Counted from the first letter of the stretch, positions 10,076 to 20,300 are shown. The stretch: 64,000 bases of DNA from Candidatus Marinacidobacterales bacterium (GCA_965224085.1 CBDCYI010000005.1:1664001-1728000), one strand, 5' to 3'. Program-made: numbers and translations. The notes: generated by a model from the sequence alone, not told the origin.

Positions 10076-11038
10076 TTGCGTGTTTTGATTACTGGAGTCA
10101 CGGGCTTCGCGGGCAGCCACCTCGCCGAGTTCATTCTCGCGGAGCATCCCGATGCTGAGATCTTCGGCACGATGAGATGGCGCAGCCGCATGGAGAATAT
10201 TCGCAACGTCGAATCCAAGATCCAGTTGCTCGAATGCGATTTACGGGATTTGAGCTCCGCCAAGCAGTTGATGGAGCGTGCTAACCCCGATCGGATCTTT
10301 CATCTCGCCGCGCAGAGTTTTGTGCCCTCGTCCTGGAACGCGCCCGCAGAATCACTGACGACGAACATTCTCGGACAACTGAATGTTTTCGAAGCCGTGC
10401 GCGCGATGAGCGCGGATCCTTGGATCCAGATCGCTTGCTCGAGCGAAGAATACGGCATGGTCTACGAGAACGAGCTTCCGATCAAGGAGACCAACCCGTT
10501 GAGGCCGCTTTCGCCTTACGCCGTCAGCAAAGTGGGGCAGGATTACCTCGGCTATCAATATTGTCAAAGCTTTGGCCTCAAAGTTATCCGTACGCGCGGT
10601 TTCAACCACGACGGTCCGCGGCGTGGAGACGTGTTCGTCTCATCCAATTTTGCGAAGCAGATCGTGATGATCGAAAAGGGCAAAAAGCCACCGGTGATGT
10701 ATGTCGGCAACCTCGAAGCGCGACGAGACTTTACCGATGTGCGCGACATAGTTCGCGGCTACTGGCTCGCGCTCGACGGAAATTGTGAGCCGGGCGAGGC
10801 CTACAACCTGTGCAGCGGCACCGATTACGGCATTCAGGACGTCCTCGACAAGCTTGTCGAGATGTCGGGCCAGAAAGTGGAGGTGCGTGAAGATCCCGAG
10901 CGCTTGCGCCCCTCCGACGTCCCCGTGCTCCTCGGCGACGCCTCGAAGTTCAAAGCGGCCACCGGTTGGGAGCCAACCATTCCTTACGAACAGACCCTCC
11001 AGGACATGCTCGATTACTGGAGAGGGGAGATTCCCTGA
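10076..11038 (+). CDS. GDP-mannose 4,6-dehydratase / Rmd-like extended SDR
   Basis: GVTGFAG, HLAAQSFV, SSEEYG, YAVSK, GNLEARRDFTDVRD. Confidence 0.88.
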   Translation: MRVLITGVTGFAGSHLAEFILAEHPDAEIFGTMRWRSRMENIRNVESKIQLLECDLRDLSSAKQLMERANPDRIFHLAAQSFVPSSWNAPAESLTTNILGQLNVFEAVRAMSADPWIQIACSSEEYGMVYENELPIKETNPLRPLSPYAVSKVGQDYLGYQYCQSFGLKVIRTRGFNHDGPRRGDVFVSSNFAKQIVMIEKGKKPPVMYVGNLEARRDFTDVRDIVRGYWLALDGNCEPGEAYNLCSGTDYGIQDVLDKLVEMSGQKVEVREDPERLRPSDVPVLLGDASKFKAATGWEPTIPYEQTLQDMLDYWRGEIP

Positions 11039-12019
11039 GTGCGTGCTCTCGTGACGGGAGCGGCTGGATTCGTCGGCCGTCATCTGACAGCGCATCTCAA
11101 AGAGGCAGGGCACGACGTCTTCGGACTCGTGCACCCGAGCGAGCGGAATGACCGGCCTAGCGGGATCCGCGCGACCTCCGCGGATCTTCTAGACGATGTG
11201 GCGCTCGTGAAAGCCGTCAAGGACGTCGAGCCGGACGTCATCTATCATCTCGCGGCGTTCTCCAATCCCGAGACCTCGCTGCGCTACGCGCGGCTTACGT
11301 TCGAGACCAACTTTCTCGGCACCCAAAATCTGCTCGAAGCCGCGAAGGATACGGGGCGGAACCCGCGCATTCTGCTCGTCGGCTCCGGTCAGCAATATGG
11401 TCAAGTTGCGGAGGCCGAGCAGCCTATCGGCGAGGATCGGAGGCAGCGCCCGTTGACGCCCTACGCTGTGAGCAAGGCGTCTCAGGAGCTTCTCGGCCAG
11501 CGTTATTTCCTCTCGGAAGGCTCCGCCGTTTTTTGGACGCGCTCGTTCAACCATACGGGTCCGGGGCAGGCCGATTCCTATGTCTGCTCGAGTTTCGCGC
11601 GGCAAGTTGCGGAGATCGAAGCCTTGGGCCGCGAGCCGAAGATTCGCGTCGGGAATCTCGCTGCGCGACGAGATTTCACCGATGTACGGGATGTGGCGCG
11701 CGCCTATACGGCCATCATCGAGCGCGGTGAGCCGGGGCGAGCGTACAATGTTTGCCGTGGAGATGCTGTCGCCATCCAGGAGATCCTGGACGTTCTTGTC
11801 TCACTCTCCACAGTGCCCGTCGAAGTGAAGGTGGACTCGGAGCGCTACCACGCTCTGGACGCGGCACTCATCGTGGGAGACGCCACGCGGCTCAGAGACG
11901 AGCTCGGTTTCTCGCCGAGATATTCGCTGAGGGAGACGCTCGAGGATCTCTTGAACGATTGGCGGCAGCGGCTCGCTGTGGAAAAAAAGGAGATGGAGGA
12001 GCCAGAGGAGACGCCTTGA
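11039..12019 (+). CDS. Second GDP-sugar dehydratase/reductase (Rmd-like) paralogue
   Basis: GAAGFVG, HLAAFS, YAVSK, FNHTGPGQ, GNLAARRDFTDVRD. Confidence 0.85.
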   Translation: MRALVTGAAGFVGRHLTAHLKEAGHDVFGLVHPSERNDRPSGIRATSADLLDDVALVKAVKDVEPDVIYHLAAFSNPETSLRYARLTFETNFLGTQNLLEAAKDTGRNPRILLVGSGQQYGQVAEAEQPIGEDRRQRPLTPYAVSKASQELLGQRYFLSEGSAVFWTRSFNHTGPGQADSYVCSSFARQVAEIEALGREPKIRVGNLAARRDFTDVRDVARAYTAIIERGEPGRAYNVCRGDAVAIQEILDVLVSLSTVPVEVKVDSERYHALDAALIVGDATRLRDELGFSPRYSLRETLEDLLNDWRQRLAVEKKEMEEPEETP

Positions 12020-13980
12020 CACCGGTCCTCGCCCTTCTCGCCGCTCTTTTTCTCCTCTCGCTTCTTTCGTTCCCGTTCGGAAATTACGGTACCTTCTTGA
12101 CGGCTAGCTTGGCCGCTGGCGCCTTTCTCATCGCCGCCCGGAGGACGAGCCCTCCACCTCATCAAGCGTCGCCTCCACACCACAGTCTTTGGGCCGCGCT
12201 TGCTCTCGGCGGGGTGTTCTTTCTTGCGCTCGTCGCTCGATGGCCCATCGCGACCCATGATGTCGAGCACTATGTCGGACCCGACGAAGGCGAGGTCGTC
12301 GAGAACGTTCTGGAGATGTTAAAGACCGGCGATTTCGATCACCGGCATCCGGGCTATCCCGGGCTCCACTTTTATCTCCAGATGATCCCAGCCAGGGCCC
12401 ATCTAAAGGCGTCGGGACGGACCATCCCCGAGCTGCCACGTTCTGGGTTCTATCTCGCGGCGCGGCGGCTGACTCTGGTCGCGGGACTCTTGGCAGCGGT
12501 GGTCGTGTTTTGGATCGGCCGCGCTTGGCTCTCTTCGTGGAGCGCGGCTTTCGGTGCGAGCCTCGTGCTGGTCTCACCGCTCGCGTTTCTGGAGTCGGCC
12601 GTCGTCAGTCCGGATCTCATGTTGATGTTGTTTGTCTTGATCTCCCTTTGGCTGTCGCTGCGCCTGCTCGAGCAGCGGAGTGCTCCGGCGTTCGCGCTCG
12701 CGGGAATCGCAGTCGGCCTCGCATGCGCGATCAAATATACGGGGGGCTTCGCGGTCGCACCGTATCTGGTGGCCTGGTGGCTCGGTCCGGAGAGGCGCTC
12801 CCACGCGGCGAGAGTTTTCTTTGGCCTCCTCGCTGCCGGCGTCGCCTTCGCGGCCGTGAGCCCATACACACTTTTGAATCTTCCCTTGTTCTACCGCGGC
12901 CTCACGATGCATATCGGCTACTACCGCGCGGCCGAGCTCAATGCGCCGCTCGCGCTGTCGCGACAACTCGCTACGCGCGGCGTCGGCATGCTTGCTTCGG
13001 TGGCGGCTTTTGCCTCTTCCGTGCGGGCGCTCGTCGCGCCTGACAAGAGGCTTCTCGTACTGCTCGCCTACCCAATCACCTATTGGGTCGTTTTTTCGTT
13101 CTTCGATCGAGCGTTTCCGCGCCACGCGCTCGTGCTGCTGCCATTCGTGGCGCTTCTCGCGGCGGACGCGACCGAGCGCATCGCGCGTCGTAGCCGCAAA
13201 GCCGGAATCGTTGTCGCTGCCGCACTTCTCGCGGCGCCTGCTTACGCGACGCTCGACGTCGCCGCGCGCGCCCGCCGCGCGACCCCGGCGGAGAATGCGG
13301 CTTCATGGGCCGCACAGAAACTTCCAGCGGGAAGCCGCGTACTCCAGGATCAATTTACGCCGAGCTTGGATCCGGAGCGATTTCGCGTCTATCGTCTGCG
13401 CGTCGAAGAGAAGCGTTTCGTCGGCAACTACGACTACGTGTTTCATTCGGGCTACCCGCCTGGATTGAGCACATTGGGGCTTCGGGAAGTCGCGCGCTTC
13501 GACAACGAGGAGGCGATCGGAAGCGGCGTCGCGGTCTATCAGGTTCCGGATCGTGCGAGCCTGATGCCGGTGAGCATGCCCGACGTCAGGTTCGGGGCAG
13601 GCGAGATCCCGTTCTTTGGAGAGGGCTGGTACGCGCCCGAAGCCGGCGCCTACCAGACCTCGCGGTTGTCGCAAGGACAACGCTCCGAGATCTACTTCAA
13701 ACTCCCCGACACCTTCGCGTCCGATTTGACGGCCGAGCTTTCCGTGGGTGCCTTGTCGCGCGAGCCGACTCGGGTGAACGTCTTGCTGAACAAGCATCGG
13801 CTCGCTCCGTTGAGCATCGAGGGAGAGCGCGGCCAATACCCCATTCGCTTTCCGAGCGAGAAGCTGAATCGTGGGCTGAATCGGCTGGAGCTAGGCTACG
13901 AGACGCTGACCCGAAGGAATCGCCGCCGCCGCGATACGGCGATAAGACTGTACAGCGTGGCCCTCTCGAATGTTCCCTGA
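12016..13980 (+). CDS. GT-C/GT39 (PMT/ArnT-like) membrane glycosyltransferase with a soluble C-terminal domain
   Basis: Many TM segments, a loop motif GPDE..YPG, GLACAIKY and RHALVLLPF. The TTG start overlaps the upstream stop. Confidence 0.75.
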   Translation: MTPVLALLAALFLLSLLSFPFGNYGTFLTASLAAGAFLIAARRTSPPPHQASPPHHSLWAALALGGVFFLALVARWPIATHDVEHYVGPDEGEVVENVLEMLKTGDFDHRHPGYPGLHFYLQMIPARAHLKASGRTIPELPRSGFYLAARRLTLVAGLLAAVVVFWIGRAWLSSWSAAFGASLVLVSPLAFLESAVVSPDLMLMLFVLISLWLSLRLLEQRSAPAFALAGIAVGLACAIKYTGGFAVAPYLVAWWLGPERRSHAARVFFGLLAAGVAFAAVSPYTLLNLPLFYRGLTMHIGYYRAAELNAPLALSRQLATRGVGMLASVAAFASSVRALVAPDKRLLVLLAYPITYWVVFSFFDRAFPRHALVLLPFVALLAADATERIARRSRKAGIVVAAALLAAPAYATLDVAARARRATPAENAASWAAQKLPAGSRVLQDQFTPSLDPERFRVYRLRVEEKRFVGNYDYVFHSGYPPGLSTLGLREVARFDNEEAIGSGVAVYQVPDRASLMPVSMPDVRFGAGEIPFFGEGWYAPEAGAYQTSRLSQGQRSEIYFKLPDTFASDLTAELSVGALSREPTRVNVLLNKHRLAPLSIEGERGQYPIRFPSEKLNRGLNRLELGYETLTRRNRRRRDTAIRLYSVALSNVP

Positions 13981-14000
13981 CTTCGCCGCGGCAAAGCCCG

Positions 14001-14807
14001 TTACTCCCCGCTGAAATCGAGCCCTTCGTCGCCGAATTCGAGCTCATCGCCGACTTCGTCCGTCTCCCACTCTTGTTCCTTTTCGTCTTTTGAGGCGGAT
14101 TCCGCTGCGGGTGGGGTTGTCGGCTCGGGGGGGCCTCCGTGTTGACCCACGACCACCCGGGCCGGTCGGATGAGCGAGTCCTTCAGCATATAGCCCGGCT
14201 GCAGCTCTTTGATGACCACTCCGTCTTGCGACTCGTCGGAGACTTCCACCATTTCCGCCGCTTCGCTGTGCATGGGATCGAAGGTCTGGCCACGAACGAA
14301 AATCTTCTCGAGACCTTCTGTTTTCAAGAGCTGCACGAGGCGTGAGCGTACGAGCATGATGCCTTGAAGGACGGCATCCGGATCGAAGCTGCCTTCGATT
14401 GAATCGATGGCGCGATCCAGGTTGTCGAGCACTTCGACGAAACGCGCGATGAAATCACCCTTGGACTGCTCGAAGCGTCGGCGCTCGGTCTTTTGGATGC
14501 GCCCGCGCTGCCTTTCGGTTTCCGTCTTCTTCGAGCGGTAGGCCTCCATGACCTGCTCGATTTGCTTGTCTTTGCGTTCGAGCTGGGCTTTGAGGCTGCG
14601 AATCTGCTGAAGCGCTTTTTCCGGGAAGTCAGGCTCAGCTCGTGGCGCGTCCGGCGCAGGCGCCTCCTCAACGGGCGCCGGGTCGTCCACGATTTCGATG
14701 ATTTCGTCCGCTTCTTCGGGAATACCCATAGACACCGACGGCGTGGTTTCGGGCTCCGGGTCTGTGGCGGATCCCGAAGCTCGGGCCTTATCGCTCTGTT
14801 CTTCCAA
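14001..14807 (-). CDS. grpE: Nucleotide exchange factor GrpE with acidic extensions
   Basis: Coiled coil, EVLDNLDRA, FDPMHSEA, QPGYML.D.LIRPARVVV. Confidence 0.88.
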   Translation of the reverse strand: MEEQSDKARASGSATDPEPETTPSVSMGIPEEADEIIEIVDDPAPVEEAPAPDAPRAEPDFPEKALQQIRSLKAQLERKDKQIEQVMEAYRSKKTETERQRGRIQKTERRRFEQSKGDFIARFVEVLDNLDRAIDSIEGSFDPDAVLQGIMLVRSRLVQLLKTEGLEKIFVRGQTFDPMHSEAAEMVEVSDESQDGVVIKELQPGYMLKDSLIRPARVVVGQHGGPPEPTTPPAAESASKDEKEQEWETDEVGDELEFGDEGLDFSGE

Positions 14808-14965
14808 AGCTCAAGTATCCCCTGGTTTCAGGGTCAAGACGGATTGTGTCCTTTAACTGAGAGAACAATAATATCTTACACAAAAAAACACCAGTTAGGG
14901 TAGCGTGTGAAGGGACGACGGATCGCCTCGGCGGCACGGGCTGAAAACCGCTAAGATAGGGCGCT

Positions 14966-16282
14966 ATGAACGACCCGCTGGCTTTTCTTCGTGCGACGGA
15001 TCCGGAGATTGCGGATGCCTGTGACCGTGAGGCCGAGCGCCAGGCCTCGGAGCTCGAGCTGATCGGGTCGGAAAACTTCACGAGCGAAGCCGTTTTGGCG
15101 GCCACGGGCTCGGTGTTCACCAACAAATACGCGGAGGGCTACCCCGGGCGACGTTATTACGGTGGCTGCCATGTCGTGGACGATGTCGAGCGTCTCGCGA
15201 TCGCACGCGCGCAGGAGCTATTTTCAGCGGAGCACGTCAACGTCCAGCCTCACAGTGGCACCCAGGCGAATATGGCGGTGTACATGACGCTGCTCGAGCC
15301 GGGTGACACGTTCATGGGAATGGATCTAGCACATGGCGGCCATCTCACCCACGGGCACCCGCTGAACTTCTCGGGCCGTCTCTACGGCGTCGTCCCTTAT
15401 GGCGTGAGGCGCGACGACGAACAGATCGACTACGACGCGATGGCGGAGCTCGCGCGCGAGCATCGTCCCAAGATGATCATCGCGGGAGCGAGCGCCTATC
15501 CACGGTTCATCGACTTCGCCCGCATACGCGCGATCGCGGACGATGTGGGCGCGAAATTTGTGACGGATATGGCGCACATCGCCGGCCTCGTCGCCGGCGG
15601 CGCTCACCCGAGCCCCGTGCCCCATTCGGACGTGGTGACGTCGACGACGCACAAGACCCTTCGAGGCCCGCGAGGAGGTCTGATCCTTTCCAAAGAGGAA
15701 TACAAGGGAGACATCAATCGGGTGACCTTTCCCGGCATTCAAGGCGGGCCGCTCGTGCATGTCATAGCCGGGAAGGCCGTGTGCTTCAAAGAAGCGCTTC
15801 GAGCCACGTTCAAGGACTACGCGCATCAGGTCGTGGCGAACGCCAAGGCCTTGGCCGCCGCCATCGGGGACGAAGGGTTTCGGCTCGTCTCGGGCGGAAC
15901 GGACAACCACTTGCTTCTTGTCGATGTGGGGGCGAGGGAGATCACCGGCAAAGAAGCTGAGGAGGCTTTGGGTTCGGCGTTCATCACCGTGAACAAGAAC
16001 GTGATCCCGTTCGATACGCGACCGCCACTCGTCGCGAGCGGGGTCCGGCTCGGGACGGCGGCATTGACCACGCGCGGGATGAAGCAAGACGAAATGAAGC
16101 TCATAGGGGGCCTCATCGGGCGCGCGCTGCGGGGCCGCGAGGATGCGACCGAGCTCGAGCGCGTACGCGCGCGCGTCGAGGAGCTTTCGGACGGCTTTCC
16201 ACTCTATCCATACTTGGAGGCAGGCGCCCGCCTTCGCCAAGGCTCCGGCGAGGCAGGCGCCGGGGAGGATCGGCGTCTTTGA
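14966..16282 (+). CDS. glyA: Serine hydroxymethyltransferase
   Basis: [42 protein letters not shown]. Confidence 0.97.
   Translation: MNDPLAFLRATDPEIADACDREAERQASELELIGSENFTSEAVLAATGSVFTNKYAEGYPGRRYYGGCHVVDDVERLAIARAQELFSAEHVNVQPHSGTQANMAVYMTLLEPGDTFMGMDLAHGGHLTHGHPLNFSGRLYGVVPYGVRRDDEQIDYDAMAELAREHRPKMIIAGASAYPRFIDFARIRAIADDVGAKFVTDMAHIAGLVAGGAHPSPVPHSDVVTSTTHKTLRGPRGGLILSKEEYKGDINRVTFPGIQGGPLVHVIAGKAVCFKEALRATFKDYAHQVVANAKALAAAIGDEGFRLVSGGTDNHLLLVDVGAREITGKEAEEALGSAFITVNKNVIPFDTRPPLVASGVRLGTAALTTRGMKQDEMKLIGGLIGRALRGREDATELERVRARVEELSDGFPLYPYLEAGARLRQGSGEAGAGEDRRL
16217..16261 (+). repeat. Palindromic REP-like element with 12-bp direct repeats, in frame in the 3' end of glyA
   Basis: GAGGCAGGCGCC at 16217-16228 and 16250-16261, overlapping the imperfect hairpin GCGCCCGCCTTCGCC-AAGGCTCC-GGCGAGGCAGGCGC. 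Confidence 0.65.
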
Positions 16283-16293
16283 TCTCGTCCTAA

Positions 16294-18285
16294 ATGGAAA
16301 TGACCGAAAGTACGAGCCTCAGCACACCGGAGCGCGAGCTCGATAGGCTGGACGTCGACCATGTGCGGGAGCTTCTCGGAGAAGACAGCCCGCTGAGGGC
16401 GGCGCTCCCCGCCTTCGAGTATCGGCGCTCGCAGCAAGACATGGCGGCGGCGGTGGCCGAAGTCTTTCGAGACGGAGGCGAGCTTCTCGTCGAGGCGGGG
16501 ACGGGCACCGGCAAGACGCTCGCTTATTTGATCCCGGCCGTGCTTTCCGGTCAGCGGGTCGTGGTCTCCACCGGCACGAAGAATCTGCAAGAACAGCTTT
16601 TCTATAAAGACATCCCGTTGTTGAGAAAGGCGATGCAAGTGCCTTTCACCGCGTGTTTGATGAAAGGACGCGGCAACTATCTCTGCCTCACGCGCCACGC
16701 CCAATTCGCGATGCAGCCCACGTTTCGTCTCTTTCAAGAGGCGAGTCATTTCGACGCGGTCGAGCGCTGGGCTTCGATCACGAAGACCGGTGATCGCGCC
16801 GAGATCCCTGGCGTTCCCGACCGACTGGATTTTTGGAAAGGCATTTCCGCGAGGAGCGAGAACTGCACCGGCAGAGACTGCCCGGAATTCGAGCGCTGCT
16901 ACGTGACCAAGATTCGGCAGCGCGCGGCGGAAAGCGACATCATCATCGTCAATCATCACTTGCTCTTTGCCGACCTGATGGTGCGTGAGGGAAGCTATGG
17001 GGAAGTCCTTCCCGAATACGACTACCTCATCTTAGACGAGTCCCATCAGATCGAAGACGTTGCGACACAATATTTTGGACTCTTCGTAAGCAATGTTCGC
17101 GTCGACGAGCTCGTGCGTGATTGTGAGGAGGCATGGAAAACGCGCGCTAAGGGCGAGCGCGTGTCGAAAGCCCAGCTTCAGCTCAGACGTCTCAGACACT
17201 CGGGACAAGATCTCTTCGAGTCCTTCCGGGGTGGTGACGAGCGTTACCGTCTCAAGCCTAAGGCGATGACGACCGCTCAGGAGCGTTTGCGCAACGCCTT
17301 CGTCAAAGAGATCACCAAAGTTCGAAGCGAGCTTTCTGGAATCCCGAAGCCGGACGAGGCTACGATCGCTCTATCCCGCCGTTCCGGTGAGATCGAGCTG
17401 GACCTTTTGTCGATTCTCGCGGCCAGCGACCCGGAGGCCGTCTCGTGGTGCGAGCAGAGAGAGCGCTCCGTCGCCTTGCGCTCGTCGCCGATCCATGTCG
17501 CACCTTTCCTACAAGCGAGTCTCTTCGAGCGCAAGCACGCGGTCGTGATGACGTCGGCGACGCTCGCTGTCGACGATTCGTTCGAATATATGGCTTCGCG
17601 GCTCGGGGTTGCGACGGACCGCTGCACGACACTTGCATCCCCCTTCGACTATCGCGAACAAGCGCTCTTATACATTCCGCGACATCTCCCCCCGCCGCGC
17701 GAGAAGGCGTTCATGGAGGAAGCCATCGCGGAGATCCGATCGCTTCTCGACGTGAGCCGGGGCCGCGCTTTCGTGCTGTTTACCAGTTTTCAGAATCTAC
17801 GCGCGACGAAGCGCGACTTCGAGGGCAACCTGCCCTATCCTTTGCTCGTGCATGGAGACGCGCCCCGTGGCGAGCTGCTCGATCGTTTTCGTAAGACTCC
17901 CGGAGCCGTGCTGCTCGGAACGTCCAGCTTTTGGGAGGGCGTCGACGTCATGGGTGAACAGCTGTCCTGCGTCATCGTGGACAAGCTGCCTTTCGCTGTG
18001 CCGGGCGACCCGCTTGTTTCGGCGCGGATCGATCTCGTGGCCAGCACCGGTGGCAATGGATTCGCAGACTATCAGGTGCCCATGGCGATTCTGTCTCTGA
18101 AGCAGGGGCTCGGCCGCCTCATCCGCTCCAAAGCCGATCGCGGCGTCGTGGCCATCCTAGACAGCCGTGTCGCAAACATGGGCTACGGTAAGCGCTTCTT
18201 GTCGAGTCTTCCGCCCTATCGTCCGACCTATGATCGGCGCGACGTCGAGCGCTTTTTCGAAGCCCCTCGAGCCCCCAGTGCCTAG
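16294..18285 (+). CDS. DinG/YoaA-family Fe-S DNA helicase
   Basis: EAGTGTGKT, KGRGNYLC, C..RDC....C, LDESHQ, TSATL, FWEGVDV, KQGLGRLIR. Confidence 0.93.
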   Translation: MEMTESTSLSTPERELDRLDVDHVRELLGEDSPLRAALPAFEYRRSQQDMAAAVAEVFRDGGELLVEAGTGTGKTLAYLIPAVLSGQRVVVSTGTKNLQEQLFYKDIPLLRKAMQVPFTACLMKGRGNYLCLTRHAQFAMQPTFRLFQEASHFDAVERWASITKTGDRAEIPGVPDRLDFWKGISARSENCTGRDCPEFERCYVTKIRQRAAESDIIIVNHHLLFADLMVREGSYGEVLPEYDYLILDESHQIEDVATQYFGLFVSNVRVDELVRDCEEAWKTRAKGERVSKAQLQLRRLRHSGQDLFESFRGGDERYRLKPKAMTTAQERLRNAFVKEITKVRSELSGIPKPDEATIALSRRSGEIELDLLSILAASDPEAVSWCEQRERSVALRSSPIHVAPFLQASLFERKHAVVMTSATLAVDDSFEYMASRLGVATDRCTTLASPFDYREQALLYIPRHLPPPREKAFMEEAIAEIRSLLDVSRGRAFVLFTSFQNLRATKRDFEGNLPYPLLVHGDAPRGELLDRFRKTPGAVLLGTSSFWEGVDVMGEQLSCVIVDKLPFAVPGDPLVSARIDLVASTGGNGFADYQVPMAILSLKQGLGRLIRSKADRGVVAILDSRVANMGYGKRFLSSLPPYRPTYDRRDVERFFEAPRAPSA

Positions 18286-18658
18286 AGACCAGTTCGAAGT
18301 AACCGTGGAAGTCACGTTTGCCGCGTCGCACCAGGTGCGGGGCTACAAGGCGGATCTCGAGCCGCTGCACGGGCACAATTTTCGTGTCGAGGCCTTCGTC
18401 GATGCCGATACGCTCCCCGACACGGGCTACGTCGTCGACTTTCTAGAGCTCGAAAAGACCCTCCAACAAGTCATAGCACCTTACGACCACCGCCATCTGA
18501 ACGACATCGCCCCTTTCGACGACATCAACCCCACCACTGAGAACATGGCCCGTTTGTTTTATCAGGAGCTCGAGAACAAGCTCCCCGAGGGCGCCTCTTT
18601 GGCCCGCATCCGCGTCTGGGAGGCCCCCACCTATAGCGCGAGCTTCAGCAGGCGCTAA
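18278..18658 (+). CDS. queD: 6-carboxy-5,6,7,8-tetrahydropterin synthase
   Basis: FAASH, LHGHNF, DHRHLND, NPTTEN, VWE. The GTG start overlaps the helicase stop. Confidence 0.88.
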   Translation: MPRDQFEVTVEVTFAASHQVRGYKADLEPLHGHNFRVEAFVDADTLPDTGYVVDFLELEKTLQQVIAPYDHRHLNDIAPFDDINPTTENMARLFYQELENKLPEGASLARIRVWEAPTYSASFSRR

Positions 18659-18754
18659 AAGGTCATCTGCACCCCTGCCAGAGTTCTTCCCGAAGCGTTG
18701 ACGAACGCCCGCGAGCCCGCGCGAGCTTTGCGATGCCCGAACTTTACGCAGTGT

Positions 18755-18855
18755 CAGGGTGCCATAGAGCCACGGCCACCCTGTCGCGAGCGGAGCGAGC
18801 CCGGCCCGAAGGGCCGCCGACGGTAGGCGAGCGAACGAAGAGAGAGCGAGCACTA
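18755..18855. repeat. Intergenic multi-hairpin REP-like element
   Basis: Stems CAGGGTG...CACCCTG, GGCCC-GAA-GGGCC and CGCC...GGCG, plus several GCGAGC motifs. Confidence 0.45.
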
Positions 18856-18938
18856 AACAGATAATGTGTAGAGTAATTCCCACACAGGGCCGAAAAGGCG
18901 CTATAATAAGCACTTCTGAGTTCCTGAGTCGACAACCC

Positions 18939-19649
18939 ATGGATATTTCGGCGCGTTTCGAGGATATACGTGACCGTATGGAAAAGGCGGCAACCCGTTC
19001 GGGGCGCGAACCCGGCTCGGTCCGGCTCATCGCCGTCAGCAAAACGAGAACCGTCGAGGAGATCGCCCAAGCTGTCCAGGCCGGAGTGACTGATGTCGGA
19101 GAGAACAAAGTCAAGGAAGCGGAGACGAAAAAACCTGAATTCGGGGCATCTCCGCGCTGGCATCTCATCGGCCACCTGCAGAAGAACAAGGCCAAGAAGG
19201 CTGTCCAGCTCTTCGACGTCATCCACTCCGTGGACAGCGTCGCCATCGGCGAGCGGATCGACCGCCTCGCCGGCGAACTCGACAAGGTTCAGCCCATTCT
19301 GTTGCAGGTCGATCTTGCGGGTGAAGAGTCGAAGTCCGGCCTCCCGGAAGAAAAGCTCTTCGACACGCTCGAAACGCTCAGCCGTTGCGCTCGTCTACGG
19401 ATCGAAGGCCTGATGGTACTGCCGCCCTATTTCGATGACGAGAACGAAGTAAGGCCCTATTTCCGCAGCCTGCGAGAGCTCTCGGAGACAGCACGTGAGC
19501 GCGGCGTGCTCACGGGAAAAGAGCTCTCGATGGGAATGAGCCACGACTTCGAGATCGCTATCGAGCAAGGCGCAACCCTAATCCGAATAGGAACGGCAAT
19601 CTTCGGCCCGCGCCCGAAGAAACCCGAAATCACCGAACAGCTCGTGTAA
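18939..19649 (+). CDS. yggS: PLP homeostasis protein YggS
   Basis: LIAVSKT, GENKV.E, WHLIGHLQKNK, ELSMGMSHDF, RIGTAIFG. TATAAT at 18902. Confidence 0.95.
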   Translation: MDISARFEDIRDRMEKAATRSGREPGSVRLIAVSKTRTVEEIAQAVQAGVTDVGENKVKEAETKKPEFGASPRWHLIGHLQKNKAKKAVQLFDVIHSVDSVAIGERIDRLAGELDKVQPILLQVDLAGEESKSGLPEEKLFDTLETLSRCARLRIEGLMVLPPYFDDENEVRPYFRSLRELSETARERGVLTGKELSMGMSHDFEIAIEQGATLIRIGTAIFGPRPKKPEITEQLV

Positions 19650-19713
19650 ACAAGATGAATAACAGTCAAAAGCGTTTAGCTGAATGCCGAATGCTGATAA
19701 AAAGGAGTCGAGG

Positions 19714-20256
19714 ATGAAACTAACCCCTCTGGACATCCAGCGACACGAGTTTCAGCAGAAACTAACCCCTCTGGACATCCAGCGACACGAGTTTCAGCAG
19801 CGCTCGTTCCGAGGACTAGATTCGGACGAGGTTAGAACGTTCTTGATCGACGTGTCCGAGGAGATGGAACAGCTCCGTTCCGAGCACGAGAAACAGTCGG
19901 AGGACATTCGCCGCGCGAACCTACTCTTGTCGGAGCACCATCAGCGCGAGGAGATTCTGAAGAATACGCTCGTGGCCGCTCAGCGCACGTCGGAAGAGCT
20001 GAAGGATAACGCAAAAAAGCAGTCGCAAATGCTTCTGAAAGAAGCCGAGCTCGCCGCCGATCGACTCGTCGAAGCCGCGCAAGCGCGGGCTCACGAGATC
20101 GAAAAAGACATCGTCGAGCTCAAGATGCAGAAGCGACAGGTTTTGAACTCGATCCTGGCCGCCATCGCGAATCTCAGGAACTTGATTCAGCTGATGAGCG
20201 AGAGCGACGCCCAGCAAGACAAGCTGAGCTTCCTGAAACGCAAAGCCGTTCCCTAA
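19714..20256 (+). CDS. divIVA: DivIVA-domain protein
   Basis: KLTPLDI...F...FRGLD.DEV..FL followed by a coiled coil. AAGGAG upstream; lies downstream of yggS. Confidence 0.88.
   Translation: MKLTPLDIQRHEFQQKLTPLDIQRHEFQQRSFRGLDSDEVRTFLIDVSEEMEQLRSEHEKQSEDIRRANLLLSEHHQREEILKNTLVAAQRTSEELKDNAKKQSQMLLKEAELAADRLVEAAQARAHEIEKDIVELKMQKRQVLNSILAAIANLRNLIQLMSESDAQQDKLSFLKRKAVP
19717..19800 (+). repeat. Perfect 42-bp tandem duplication (KLTPLDIQRHEFQQ x2)
   Basis: 19717-19758 is identical to 19759-19800. Confidence 0.95.
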
Positions 20257-20300
20257 TCCCTTATATAAGTAGTGATACAGGGGATTTGCCCGGCAGTCTG

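Noticed and set aside
14880-14965. Possible ZMP/ZTP or glycine riboswitch upstream of glyA
   Set aside because: The conserved elements (GACTGGCG.../CGCCTGGGC, or the glycine aptamer motifs) are not present.
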